A program made the translations under genes and the position numbers. A stretch of DNA of 64,000 bases, from contig CM022674.1 of NCBI GenBank assembly GCA_012295275.1, positions 15,066,001 to 15,130,000 of the forward strand, in the 5' to 3' direction. The notes under the pieces were generated by a model. It ran no database searches. It had not been told where the DNA came from and saw only the letters and a program-made list of their open reading frames with translations. The DNA comes from Chrysomallon squamiferum. Taxonomy: Eukaryota > Animalia > Mollusca. Positions within the stretch are counted from its first letter, which is position 1, and every line of letters begins with the position of its first letter. Positions 1-14,654 of the stretch are shown here, piece after piece.

Positions 1-86
1 ACGTGATTGTTTCTTCTTAAACCAGCCAATGAAAAAGCCATTTTTTTTCTTAGCAGCTTCTCCGTGTAATTGGTAGATCGTTCGTT

Positions 87-103
87 TTAGAGATCTTTTA
101 TAT
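87..103 (-). CDS. Small secreted protein, putative terminal coding exon (DIKDL*)
   Basis: Acceptor gcatttcag at 106-104; phase-1 continuation gives (G)AT ATA AAA GAT CTC TAA. The gene could instead continue beyond the window edge. Confidence 0.4.
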
Positions 104-621
104 CTGAAATGCACATTCAAGAAAAAAGGTCTTCAAGGAAAGATAGGTTATGTAATGCAGCTGTAAATTTATATATATTAAAATTGACATTCGGAAGAGA
201 GAAAAAAAATTAAGATTAAAAAAAAAATAAAATAAAAACTAAAATGAATGAATGAATACTGAGAGAAAACAGAACGAAAGAAACACATTGTACCACTCTT
301 TCTATCTAGTCCTCAAACAAACACTTAGTCATATGTTGTAAGAATCGGGGATAAATAAATAACACACAGAGACACACACACACGCACACGCACGTACAGC
401 ACGCACGCACGGGCATACTGATAAACAGAAAAACAAACTACTGTTCTCAGTGATAAGAATATAGTGATTAGCAGTAATGATTCTTAATTTTCTCCTTCCC
501 TTAATCTAAGCAATATAAATCATAACAGTAGCCAGTGGTTGGAACGGAATATGATTTGAAAATGATTTGATCCAAGACATACATCGCATTAACAGAATGT
601 AAAGAATCTATTTATTCTTAC

Positions 622-786
622 CAATTTTTATATCTGTAGAAGGTGGTTGTCGTGGTTGTGGCATGGGACACTGCGGTAGTTTTCCTCCCGTGTTTATACC
701 CGCCCCTGTGTAGTAAAACTCCGGCCTCGGGCACCGCCCGTCACCCCTGATACCAGGGCAACCCATGGCAAGCAGGAGGAAAAATA
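622..786 (-). CDS. Small secreted protein, coding exon 2 (VFFLLLAMGCPGIRGDGRCPRPEFYYTGAGINTGGKLPQCPMPQPRQPPSTDIKI)
   Basis: GC-rich, non-repetitive 165-nt island bounded by acceptor tttacttacag and donor TTG|gtaaga, phase 1-1, open frame (core of ORF 608..856). Confidence 0.78.
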
Positions 787-1639
787 CTGTAAGTAAATTA
801 TGAAATTTTTGAAAATAGAAAATTATGATAATTATAAATGAGCTGGAACAGAGCACAGATCGAAGTGAATAAAATTTAAATAAAAGTGTCTGAAGTAAGA
901 CTAATGTAATGTTGAATAAAATAATGTAATGTAATGTAAAATAATGTAATGTAAATTATCGTAATATAAGGTAAAGTAAAATACGGTAACGTAATATAAA
1001 AATATAAACTTAAAATAAATTAACGTAACAATATAAAGTAAAATAAATTAACGTAACAAACTGAGATGATATAAAATAAAGTAACATAATGTAAATTAAA
1101 ATAAAGTAAAATCAAGTAACGTAAGAGCCTAAAATAAATATCATAAAAACAATTAAGTAATATAAAAACGTAAAAAGAAAAGCATAACGTAAAACAACAG
1201 GGTAAATTAAAATAAATAAAATAAAATAAAGTAAAGTCACAACTAAGCTTATTCAGTTATATAATGAGGTAGTATTTTAGTTTTAACAGTATGTAAATAA
1301 ATAAATTAATATTTATGAACAATAAAACAAGTAATCATATAAAACAATTAATTTAAGAATATGAAGAATGAAAGAAAATAATATAAATAAATAGACGTTC
1401 AATTTATAAGTAATATAAAATGAAATGAAATAAAATAAAATAAAATAAATAGATAAATAAATAAATATATTAAATAAAATATAAAAAATATAAAATAATA
1501 AACAAATAAATAAAATAAAATAAGTAATATAAAAATATCAACATGCGTATTATAAGAAGCTAAGTATTTTGTCTTTCACTTTATCAAAAAAAAAAATCAC
1601 GTTATATCGTTTTAACAAAAATCACCACTTTCATTTTAC

Positions 1640-1664
1640 CTGTAACAAAACTCAAAACGGCCAT
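1640..1664 (-). CDS. Small secreted protein, coding exon 1 (MAVLSFVT-V; start of signal peptide)
   Basis: gaaATGG Kozak-like context and donor CAG|gtaaaa in phase 1. Joined to exon 786-622 it gives the signal-peptide-like MAVLSFVTVFFLLLAMGCPGIRG. Confidence 0.65.
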
Positions 1665-1689
1665 TTCTTCTTGCTATCACTGTCCCAAA

Positions 1690-2075
1690 TTTACTAAATG
1701 ATCATATTAATTATCACGAAAACTGTTATACTAATATATTTCCTGGGCCCAGTTTAGCGGCCATGTGTGTATCATGGTTACCGCGGATTACGCAGTGTGA
1801 GAGCGTCTTTAGCAACTTTGAAATCGATAATAGGTGTCCAACGGAAATATATGCTCGGTTTAATAAAGAAATAGACTTTCACAACGGGACATTATCAAAA
1901 ATGACCCAAAATAACACGAATCAGCAGTATAACAGTAGGCAGTGGACAGAGGTCAGCAGGTGGTCATCTGTACACTATAGGATGTATTGTTTTCTTCCGT
2001 AGGCTTTTGTTAGCTTCTATGTTCGACGCCGTGCATGTATAAATCTAATCGCAAAAACGCTGACGTTACAGGTTT
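1690..2075 (-). promoter_or_regulatory. Putative proximal promoter of the small secreted-protein gene
   Basis: CpG-richer unique sequence directly upstream of ATG 1664, with a TATA-like AATATATTAGTATAA at about 1740-1726 (minus strand). Confidence 0.3.
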
Positions 2076-2424
2076 TGGTATAGATTTATTTAGTGTTTTA
2101 CGTGTGTATTGTACGTGTATGTACGAGTCAGATATATGAAGGTGCATGTTTGATGTAAAAACAACGTTTTCCAGAAGGTCTTATTATTTTCGTTTCTATT
2201 TTATTTTCTTATCTACCTAGTGTCTGTCTGACTATTTCAATTAATCCATCTTTCTTTCTTTCTTCCACTGCATTTGCTGGTTTTTATACTTTAAATTTAT
2301 TTTAGTTTCGTTGTGTATACGTATTTGTCAAACACTTGATCGGTTTACATCAGTTTCGATTTTAACCACGTTAGGTTTCATCAGCAACTGTCCGTCTTGA
2401 ATCAACATTTACTTAGATACAGAA

Positions 2425-2772
2425 TACAATTACTGATTACCTGACTGGTCGCAGGATCGATCCGTCTCAATTCTGACATGGGCTATTTCCCGATACAGCC
2501 AGTACCAAAAGCTACTAGATTACTAAAAGCCAAGGCTATGGTCCCCTGTCTATGGGTAGGTGTATATAAAACATCATTTATTGCTAACTGATAACAGTAG
2601 TCTATCATGCTGCGTTAGTGGGTTTCCTTTCTTATTATATTTAAAGTGGGTTTCCTTTCTTATTATATTTAGCTACTACTAACAGTATACGTATTTATAA
2701 TATTATATCATATATATATAATCATAGACACCAAACATATTGAGTAAGCCGTTGAAATAAACTTTCCTTCCT
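2425..2772 (+). mobile_element. Degenerate tRNA-derived SINE
   Basis: B-box-like GGATCGATCC near the 5' end, body segments shared with the 6560 and 42725 copies, and a tail aaataaactttccttcc. Internal 28-bp tandem duplication at about 2617-2671. Confidence 0.55.
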
Positions 2773-3116
2773 TTTTTGTTCATGCACTAAGCAATTTTAA
2801 AGTATTTGATTCGAGTCTGAATCACAAAATCATCACTCAGACCAGTAGATAAATAGATTTGTTTGTTCTGGAATAAACACGACTTGTTATAGCGGAAAGG
2901 GTGACACATGTTAAAGGCAGAGTCTAACTCGTCCCCCCTGTGACGCCTTTAACTGCGACTGTTGTCAGCTGTAACACGTCGTGTGTGTGTGTGTTAGCTG
3001 TCGTTAAGGTTAGAGTGGGTTCTAGTCCCACGTCATCATGAGTAGGTGGATTTATAATTATTACTTGGCTCTTTTTTATTTTTTTATTTTATTTTGATGA
3101 AACGATTTACGTACAT

Positions 3117-3249
<133 letters not shown>

Positions 3250-4054
3250 AATTTGACCTAAACAAGAAACATAATTCAGAGACTTAAGTTTATTTAGACT
3301 TAGATCGCTGTGACATTTCACTATATTCTCTAACCTAATCCACCATTACCTAAATATGAAGCTCGGTAGGAAATTCTCCAATACAAAAACAGTGTCTGGT
3401 GTTAAAACTGTTTCCACTTTTTAGAAAATACTGAATTAATTCTGACAAATGTCAAACAGGTCTTGACTTAATACAATCTGCACCCACTCACGTTCTGCGC
3501 CTCCGAATGTAGGTTAATTAAAAAAAAATAAAAGTAAAAATAAAAATAAAAATGTTCATACACAGTATGACTTCATTACAAGAGATAAAATGATATACGC
3601 TATTTTCTCGTGCTGTTTCATCAATATTTTCTAAAGATTTGTATCTTTTATTATTATTGTGTAGGTGTGTGTGTGTGTATATATATATATATTACATGTG
3701 TGCGTATATGCCTATGTATGTTTGTACGTGAGTGTGTGACTGTATGTATGTATGCACATATACATCTTTATGTGTATAATTGTCTGTGTATGCTTGTTTA
3801 TGTATGCATGTATACCTCTATGCGTATCCATATTTTAATATCTGCATGTAAATGTACGTATTTGCTTTAGGCTTCTTGTTTATATAGTTTTACATCTCCG
3901 CAATAGATAAATACATATCTAACAATTATTAACAAATATGTTGTGTATATTTTGACATAAACCCATTCACCACAAACTTTGCGTTTACAACTAATCTTTG
4001 TTTGATAAATAAAATGTGTGTATATATATATACACACACACACAATAGACTCAC

Positions 4055-4094
4055 GTATTGCTAGAGCAACGACCAACAAAGCCACAGAACACAT
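4055..4094 (-). CDS. Candidate alternative first coding exon (MCSVALLVVALAI-L), signal-peptide-like
   Basis: ATG plus 12 mostly hydrophobic codons ending at a consensus phase-1 donor AC|gtgagt, frame-compatible with exon 786-622. Confidence 0.35.
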
Positions 4095-5796
4095 CCCAAG
4101 ATCCGTAACCTGTTTCTTTTTTTTTCTAAATATGATTATTACTATTATTATCAATATCACACAAAAGTCGCCAGACGAAATGCGAAACAGAAGTCTAAAT
4201 TAACGGGAGACAACACAATCCGGCATCCAGGTGAGAGTTACCTCCTGCTGACATCCTAACCAGATGTCGCCATGTTGTAATGAAAGTCTCGCTGGTAATA
4301 TCGATATTGAGCTGTTGACGGTAACACAAGCCGCGGCGCTATACTGTTGACTTCGCAGAGAGAGCACAGCTTGTGGTGACGTGTTTCACAGCAGCGAGAC
4401 ACGTCAGTACACAGCTTCTGATTATCTCATACGTCAGTGTGGGTAAAAGATATTGGTCGCTTTGTTTTAAAAATGTAGTAATGTTGATTACATATTGGAT
4501 TATAGCTATTTAGGTAGTTTTATCGCACCTTGATTTAAATACTGTTAAATAATGGTGACGTTGAAGGTGTTTATTGCTAGACTGCCGATAGTGACAACGA
4601 CGACAACAACAACACCGGCAACAACAATAAAAACTTTACATTTCTGTTGCTTTTCAGGACAACAATATGAATAACAACAACAGCGGTAACAACAGCAATA
4701 ACGACAACAACAACACTACTGCTATAACTACTACCATTATTGTGTTTGCTATTACTTCCATTAAGCCATATTATGTAACATTATTGCAGCTGCTGATAAC
4801 GTCCACTGAACAAGTTTCAGTTGTAATCATTATGTTTCAGCCTGCAGCTAATATTACCGCTGCTTGTAACTCATCAACAAACTACATAGATCTGGAACGC
4901 AAAATGATTTTGTAAATGGCAATGTTTTATAATAATTATATAACCATTATTTAATTTTTATATATGGCTTGAACAAGGGAGAAAAGAGTGTATTTAATAG
5001 GAAGTACTCGTGACAGAGTTGTCTTCCCTAGACAAAAATGTTTCATGACGGCGCCCATTCGATAACGTAAAATCAGATTTAAAATAATAATAATATAATA
5101 ATAATAATATCAACAACAGAAAATAGGATATATATATATGCTTGTTTAACGACCTATAAATATTAATTATTATGTTATTTAAAAATAAAAAACTTCAAAT
5201 AAAGAGTCAAAAGTCTCAAAATAACGTTTTCCATCGTATTATAGTGATTCGCTATCAGGTACGAACCTATCTTAATGATAGTATTTTCACCGGACAAAAA
5301 TATATAATACTGATCGCATATAGTTCAACTTTCATTTCAACAAAGATTTTGATGTTTTTTGTGTGTTTGTGTGTGTTTGTGTGTGTGTTTATATATATAT
5401 AAGAGACGGTTAATAAGCTGGTAAATGATTAGAACGTAGAGGGATCCAAACGTTATTTTAGTACTACAGTTAGTGTTAATGGTGGTAGTAGTGAAAATAA
5501 CAGTTATGCATGTATTGCTTGTTCTAATGTAGCTAGTAGTGTTAGTGGTGGTAGTAGTAGTAGTAGCAGTAACAGTTGTAACAACATTGAGGTGTTTTTA
5601 TGTATTTGTCTGCCGGTCTCTCTATCTATCTATCTACCTACCTACCTACCTACCTACCTACCTACCTACCTACCTACCTATCTATCTATCTATCTATCTA
5701 TCTATCTGATCTATCTTATCTATGTTATCTATCTTATCCATTTGCATACATACATACATGCATACAAAATATACATGCACGCACAGAGACAGACAG

Positions 5797-5926
<130 letters not shown>

Positions 5927-5948
5927 AGACGTAATATTGAAGTTAGTT

Positions 5949-6170
5949 TTAAACAAATATTTATAAATTCAGTCAGCTATTGATTCAAGTAAACTGAATA
6001 TGTCTAGGGACTGAAAGGTAAATGTACGCTGATCAATGGAAGCGATAACTTTCGAGCCAGTGTGTCAGATAAAAAGACAGAAATAAAATATTTTAATTTT
6101 CAAATGGAAGCGTGAGCCGTTTATCAGTAACATTAATGTTTAAAACTGATAGCTGTGATGTTAGAAAAAA
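5949..6170 (-). repeat. ~220-bp repeat, inverted relative to copies at 7905-8145 and 10923-11142
   Basis: Its reverse complement matches e.g. gataaacggctcacgcttccatttgaaaattaaaatattttatttctgtctttttatctgacacactggctc exactly. Confidence 0.92.
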
Positions 6171-6557
6171 ATATATAATAAAAATAACAAATATCAGTAA
6201 AATATTTCCTTTACTCACCCATTCAACCAGTAAGTCATTTATCACACTCAGGAACACCCACTCACCCACACACAAACGCACAGTCGTACACAGGCATACA
6301 AACACATGCGCTTAGCTAGTCGTTCAGACCCTGACTTGTTCAGTGGCTGATATTTGCGACGCAATTACTAATAAACTCGTTTATTGACTCATTCATTTAT
6401 TATATCACACACACACTGAAATGCATAGTTACCCACTCTGTGACTTATTCACTCAGAGTCACATTTATTTTTTTTACTCACGTCACCAATTATTTATACT
6501 TATTCACTTACACACATATATTCACTGAATTATGTTTACGTTCATTCGGTCGTTCTC

Positions 6558-6980
6558 AGTGTGGGTCAGTGGTTAAAGCGCAGTTCTTACGTGGTCAAGA
6601 TCGCAGGATCAATCCTCTGTAGCGATCTCATTCAATTTTTCCCCCTTTCCAGCTAGTTAGTCATGTCTGGTGTTTCAAGAAAAGAAGCAAACGAACTATA
6701 AATGGAAAAAGAAAAAGAATAAATAAGTTAAGAAATTGAAACATATATATAATAATAAAAGATAAATAAATAAATAAATTAGAAATCAAAAAGAAAAAAG
6801 AAAAGAAGAAGACGAAGAAACCATCTATAGGAAGATGTATAATAATGATTCTGTGCTGTCATTAGTAAGAAAAGTGTGGAGTGCTAGGCGTGGTTTCAGT
6901 TCTCGTGTCATTATTTTAACAAATAAAATAAAATTTACACGACAGACGCCAAATAACAGCTAATAACAAAAAGTGCTTTT
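6558..6980 (+). mobile_element. Degenerate tRNA-derived SINE interrupted by A-rich sequence
   Basis: A-box-like TGGGTCAGTGGT and B-box-like GGATCAATCC (tcgcaggatc shared with the 2425 copy). The later body (ctataggaagatgtata...gacgccaaata) resembles the 2425 copy. Confidence 0.5.
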
Positions 6981-7664
6981 CATTTTTTGCGCTGTACATT
7001 TTCCTTCTTTTATTTCTTTCGTTTCATTATTATTTATCAAATTAACAGTCAGTTCATTAAATATAAAAAGAGGAGTTATGTTTCTTGACAGAGCATAAAT
7101 AAACCTTTCACTGAAAACGTTCTTCGTCAAGAAAAATAAAATGTAGTACATTAATAAAAATAATAATTGTAAAAAAGAAATAAAGAAATTAAACCTTTTC
7201 TAGCGTCAGATCATTTTATTTTTTTATTTTTTTTATTTTTATTTATTTTTTATTTTATTTTTTTTTTATTTTTATTTTTTTACAGTTTTCCATTAGCCTT
7301 ATTAACATTTTTTTTTTTTTTGTACGTGCTTTTTTATTAAGTTTGCGAAACCGCCAAAGATTGTTGTCGGCCATCAATCAGTCTTTCAGTGGTTAAACTT
7401 GAGAATGGAACCATTCCAGCATTTCTCGATATTTCCCCACGAATAAATGTTCCTCTTGTAAACAAACTCGAAGTTACAAAGAAAAATGAGCCAACAAATA
7501 AAATCGCATAAAAGCTAAACTTTGCTTTTACTTTTGACGAAGTTTTTCACTTAACCCCCAAAGACGGGCCAGAATAACAACTTAGGCTGGAGTGCTTTTG
7601 CGAAACGCGATCGAAAATTTTCAGCAGAAAATAGGAATCGTTTTTCGTAATATGTGTGCTGTAT

Positions 7665-8145
<481 letters not shown>

Positions 8146-8436
8146 GGAAGTTTCGAAACACTTTTGTTTTGGGGTTCAAGTTATGAAAAGTAAAACTTCA
8201 TAATATTTTTTTCTAGAAAAGAAACCTCTACTGTTTTTATTTTCAGATGTTTTTGTTAAACTCTGTGCTCATAACAGCAAGGCGCCATTTACAGGTACTT
8301 TTCAGCAGATAAGAAAATACACACAAAGTGATGACAGATTTGTTGGTTTCTTGTTTGTGACAGTATCACGAAGTGAGAGTTTGTGGCATGTCAAGCACAC
8401 TTTAAAGTTCTCTGATGAAACATTCTGAAAAAATAC

Positions 8437-8597
<161 letters not shown>

Positions 8598-8804
8598 AAA
8601 CCAGTGAAAACGACTGATGGACAGGCAGATTAATTAACGTCTCAGTTTGTGTAGATATTGTATGAAGAGTTGAGACCCCGAGTGATCTGACCCCAACAAA
8701 TGAGTTTGTGTGAGACATCGCTAGATATTGATAAGATATATCTGTGTCAGAATTGTTTAATTCGCCAGTGACATTTAACTGAATACGACGAAAAACTAGT
8801 TCTG

Positions 8805-8930
<126 letters not shown>

Positions 8931-10546
8931 TGTATGTAAATAGACTGAATATAGACAGACATCAGTACGTATGGAAACATCTAACCGAACATTTATATCC
9001 GATTAGGTAGATCTAACAAAAGATTTTGTAAACGGGAACAGTATATCAAAGACGTGTAAATAGGTTAATAATAAACGACTGCTTATTTAACTTTGATTAA
9101 CATTAAAGTAGTCTGCAATAAGAAAAATGTACAGACCATCATCTTTTACGTATTATGTGTCACAAAACTACAACATTTTACGATTTATAAAGGTTTATAT
9201 TTATTTTGTCTGGTAACCTGTCTTAAACACAGATTCATTGTGTCTTGTTGCATAGCTCTAAATCGCTGTACTGCCTAGATAACTATTGTAATTTCCCCTG
9301 CTCTAATTGGTGTGAACTCAGAGAGTCTTTAAAATCCAGTTCGTGGTTTTTTTTTTCAAATCGTCTCGTTTCAGAAGATGCTACGTTCCCACACTCCGAT
9401 TTCTTCAAGTAACTCCGTTTTATTGCGTCTTCCAACAAAGGTGCCAAAGTTCCCACGTTATTTGTTTGTAGAAAATTATTTAGGTTGGAATTCGAGGGCC
9501 ATGAATTTTCCCTCTCCAACCCCCCCCCGTCCAGATCGATAAAAAGTTCCCGCTATTAATCATTTCCTATGTCGTCGATGTCTTGCCAAGTTCGGCTTGG
9601 ATCGAAAACGGCGAAGAGATTTTTCCAAAAGCAACTTCATCAATTACTTTATTGGCCATCATAAAATCGTGTACACTGGAACTGAAGACTCCTGGTGATT
9701 AATCTGGGGTCAGATTTATATCGGTAGGTCGGCGTACTTCAGTGTCGTTGCCGATACATCACTCTCAGCTCCTGTCTTCTTCTCTGGCTGCCAGTATTTA
9801 CCAGAGTCGGGTCAAAAGATCTGATCCATCACCAGCTACTGGGCGAATTCGAAAGGCGGGCTGACTGTAAACACGAGGTGGTTTACGACTGCCCGGATAA
9901 CTCGGGTTAGAGAACAGGCCACCAGTTTTGACACCAAGCCAGTTATCAGTGATGCGGCTTTTTTGTTGTTGTTATCGATGGGCGTTCATTTTGTATTGTA
10001 CAGTTTAATAATTATTGTAAATATAGGATTTTTTTGTTGTTTTTGTTTTGTTTAAAGTTTGGAAAAAAACTGCAAAGAGATAAAAGTTTGTGGTAACAGG
10101 CATGGAGGAAAATGAAAAAGCGATAAAAAAAAAAATTAATAATAAAAAAAAAAAAAAAAAAAAATAATAGAAAAAGATGATAAAAATGAAAATGCGATGA
10201 AAAAGGAAAGAAAAAAGAAGAAGAGAAAAATGAAATAAAATAGAGAATAAATTAAAAAAATAAAAATAAAAAAATAACACAGAGAAATATAAACATTTTG
10301 AAATATAGAAGTTTGTGTTAACAGGCATGGGAAAAATTAAAATGAGATAAAAAAAAGAAAAGAAAAGAAGAAAAACAGAAAACGAAACAAGAGAAAAATG
10401 AAATAAAATAGACAACAGAAAAAGAAAAAACCTGAAAGAAAAAGAAACATTTTGATGGTTAGGATAAATGGACAAAAAAAGAAACATTTTTGTAAAATTA
10501 TTTCAGCAAATAATTTCGTCTAGTCGGACTCATATTGTATCTTCAT

Positions 10547-10668
<122 letters not shown>

Positions 10669-10692
10669 GCCCTATATATATGTGTGTGTGTG

Positions 10693-10726
<34 letters not shown>

Positions 10727-10758
10727 TATATATATACACAAACATACACACACATACT

Positions 10759-10799
10759 TAAATATTATTATGATTAAAATGTAGTAATTAGAGAGACAC

Positions 10800-10883
<84 letters not shown>

Positions 10884-11139
10884 ATGCTTGTTAATCACTA
10901 TTACTACCCCTTTTTCTTACTCTTTTCATACTAACACGTCACCTATCACTTTCAAACATTACAATTATTGATAAACGGCTCACGCTTCCATTTGAAAATT
11001 AAAATATTTTATTTTTGTTTTGTTTTTTATCTGACACACTGGCTCGAAAGTTATCGCTTCCATTTATCTGCGTACATTTAGCTTTCAGTCCCTAGATGTA
11101 AGATTTAGTTTATTTAAATCAATAGTTGAACAACTGACT

Positions 11140-11142
<3 letters not shown>
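10759..11142 (+). repeat. Direct repeat copy 2, ending in (CT)n
   Basis: Near-identical to 7665-8126. Confidence 0.92.
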
Positions 11143-11235
<93 letters not shown>

Positions 11236-11580
11236 TCTCACTCTGTCTCTCTGTGTGTGTGTGTCTGTCTGTCTGTCTATTTATCTATCGATCTGTCTGT
11301 CTGTCTATCTATCTATCTATATATATATATATATGGAGAGAGAGAACAAAAGAGTGCAATAAATACAGAGAAAAAGTTGATAGCTGACATATAACGCCAA
11401 TGGACAAATAATAAACAAAAAATGTTTGTATTATATTTATGTAAAGATTAACAAATTAATAATAAATATTCCCTTTTATCTGTTATTTAAAAATTGCTTC
11501 ATCAATACTGAAAAATAATATATAAGCATGATGACAGTTAGTACAAACGTGTTTAAACCAGATAACGATAGCATTATTAC

Positions 11581-11635
<55 letters not shown>

Positions 11636-11797
11636 GTTGTTGTTGTTGTTGTTGTTGTTTTTGCTGCTGCTGCTGTTGTTTGGCGTTATGTTTTATATTA
11701 CTGTGCTTTTATTTGATATTATTATTGTTTTGTCTTTATAAGCACTGTTGATTTTATAAAAAATAATAGTAATAATAATAATAACAACAACAACAAC

Positions 11798-11861
<64 letters not shown>

Positions 11862-12217
11862 GCAATAATAATAAATTAAATTCAGCTAAGAAGAAATCTT
11901 TCGCTTTTGAAAATATAAATCTATGTTTCTGGCGGACAATCTCATCTGCCCACAGGCTTCAGTAATTCTGATAACATGGACGACATTTCCAGTGAAATTA
12001 TTATATAAGTATTTGGATGGCTGAAACTCTTTGAAAGAACTCTTCAGCACAATTCGAAAGATCAAGAAACTGAGAAAATTAACTGCGTTCAAACATGAAG
12101 AAATCAATATGATTCACCATACACCAGTTGGGGAACACAGTGTTTCATTCAGCCAGCCTTTGAAAGATGAGTGGAGAGAAGATGATTCGAAAAACCAAAA
12201 AAAAAAAAAATAAATAA

Positions 12218-12272
<55 letters not shown>

Positions 12273-14327
12273 GAGAAATAAAGAAACGGAAAGGAAAGAA
12301 ATAAAATTGGAAAAGTAAGAAAAAAAAAAAAAAAACGACAAAAAGAACAAAAAAAAAGTAAAAGTAATGGGAAAAAAATTATATATTAAAAATATGTAAA
12401 TAACACGATAAAAAAATAAACAATAAAAAATAAAATAAAATAAAATAATATAAGATAAAAATAAAATCAAGTAGAAAGAAAGGAAAAAATTCTGCATTGG
12501 CTACCAAATATATTTCGACTTTTATGGTAGTAGCAGTAATAATAGTAATAGCAGTACTAACAGTAGTAATAATAATAGTAGCAGTAACAATGGTAATACT
12601 TGTAGTAGAAGTAATAGTAGTAATAGCAGAAGTAGTGGTAGCAGTAACTGTCATTATTGTGGTAGTAGCTGTAATAGTAATAATAGTAGTAAAAGCAGCA
12701 TAAGTATAATAATATTAATGTGGGATGAAAAAGAAGAAGTTGAAGAAGAAAGACAAAGAAGAAGAAAAAAGAAAGAAAAAAGAACAGAAAAGAAAAGAAA
12801 AGAAAAAACGAAGGTACAAAGTTATAATAATAAAATAAAATAAGATAATGTTAAAAAACAAAACATATAAACAAACAAATAAATAAATAAATAAAAAGTA
12901 AATAATAATATAAAAAAAAAGACAGCTATTAAAACAATACCAGAATTCAGGTGATTTTCAAATACAAAATGACTTCCATCCTGTACAAAAACATGCCCAC
13001 TCACTCTGGTTTCAGAAATAAGTAATTTACAGATATTTCTTGTTGCAATCTTCTCGTTACGTTTATACGGATTTATCTCCCCTATCGGACGTCTGCCTCA
13101 TTTTGCCAGCAGACGACACCAAGCACGTACATACATCTTGATTTTGAATCGCGCGAGTGGTTGTAGATAAAAAGGTTAATCTTGTTAACACAGAGACGGA
13201 ACGAGCTGAACTTTCTAAACGAATTAGACAAACAATAATTGTCAACACAAACGAAGACAGCTGAGCAGTTTAACAAGTCTTTTTTTCTTTCTTTTTTCTT
13301 GATACTGAAGGCCTGTTTTCCAGTTTGCTACGACATAAATATTAACGCCATATCTGGGTGCTGGGAGAATAGAATACGTCTTTTTATTTTTGTTGCTGTT
13401 GTTCTTGTTGTTGGTTTGCTTGATTCTTCTCTCTCTTTCTTTCTTTCGTTCATTTGTTCTGTCTTTATTTCGGTCTTTTTATACGTCTGACATTTTGGTT
13501 ATCTGCCCCTGTTTGACCCATATAAATAGCGGCGTATATGAAGGTCATAAGTGCGTGCAGTGTTTATTTGCTGGGGTTATTTTCAGTAAAATAGTCTTGC
13601 GATTATTCTGAAATATATTTAAAACAGAGTTAAATAGGAAATACCAAATTCAGGTATATGCTTTATAATTTACCATCTATAATAATATTGTTTTCTTTTC
13701 TAATTTAATTTAAATTCCTTCCACTCAATTTGTTTTATGGTTGTTGTTGTTGTTTTTGTTTTTTCTTTCTTAATAATAATAATAAACAAAAAAAAAAACA
13801 TAAAAAAATCCAGCACTCACAAAATAAAATATATATGAGCATCTTAAGTTTTGAGAGCACAATGAAGTTTGTTAGACAAAATGATCAATGTCAAACAAAT
13901 AAATTCAGTGTGTCAGTGTGTTTGCTGAAGCTGATTGTTTTAGTGGAATTTACAAAGAAAAGGTCAATGGAATCTGTCTGGTAATTTAGCTTCACTTGAA
14001 TTTATTGATAGAACAAATACAATTTTGAAAACGTCTGGTACTTAGACGCCACAGAACGAACGGTTTCATTTTCCTTTGTTGTATGCTTTGTGGTTTTAGT
14101 TTATTATTTTAAATTTACATACATCCGTATATCTGTCTGTCTATCTATCCACGTATCATTTTGTCTTTTCCTGATAGTCAGTTTATCCGTCAGTCCTTCC
14201 ATTTTTCTATATATCTATCTGTCTGTCTATCTGTCTATCAGTTTTTCAATCTTTTAATCTATTTAGCTGCTTTCCACTCTCTCTATACGTTAATCTCTCT
14301 GGCTATCTCTTTGCCTGCTTCGCTGAA

Positions 14328-14331
<4 letters not shown>

Positions 14332-14418
<87 letters not shown>

Positions 14419-14426
14419 TTTATTTA

Positions 14427-14465
<39 letters not shown>

Positions 14466-14469
14466 TTTA

Positions 14470-14501
<32 letters not shown>

Positions 14502-14507
14502 TTTATT

Positions 14508-14545
<38 letters not shown>

Positions 14546-14585
14546 TTTATTTATTTCTCTCTCTCTCTCTCTCTTCGTCTTTATT

Positions 14586-14650
<65 letters not shown>
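14332..14650. repeat. Compound (CT)n array punctuated by repeated tcgtctttattt spacers
   Basis: Directly visible; the spacer recurs five to six times. Confidence 0.9.

Positions 14651-14654
<4 letters not shown>

Noticed and set aside
2780-2990. GC-richer segment as an exon between the two candidate first exons
   Set aside because: Phase-1 readings from the available acceptors hit stops within a few codons, and the acceptors lack polypyrimidine tracts.
8247-8294. 48-nt plus-strand exon-like segment (ttttcag|ATG...CAG|gtactt)
   Set aside because: Isolated, weak donor, no partner exons or recognisable peptide.
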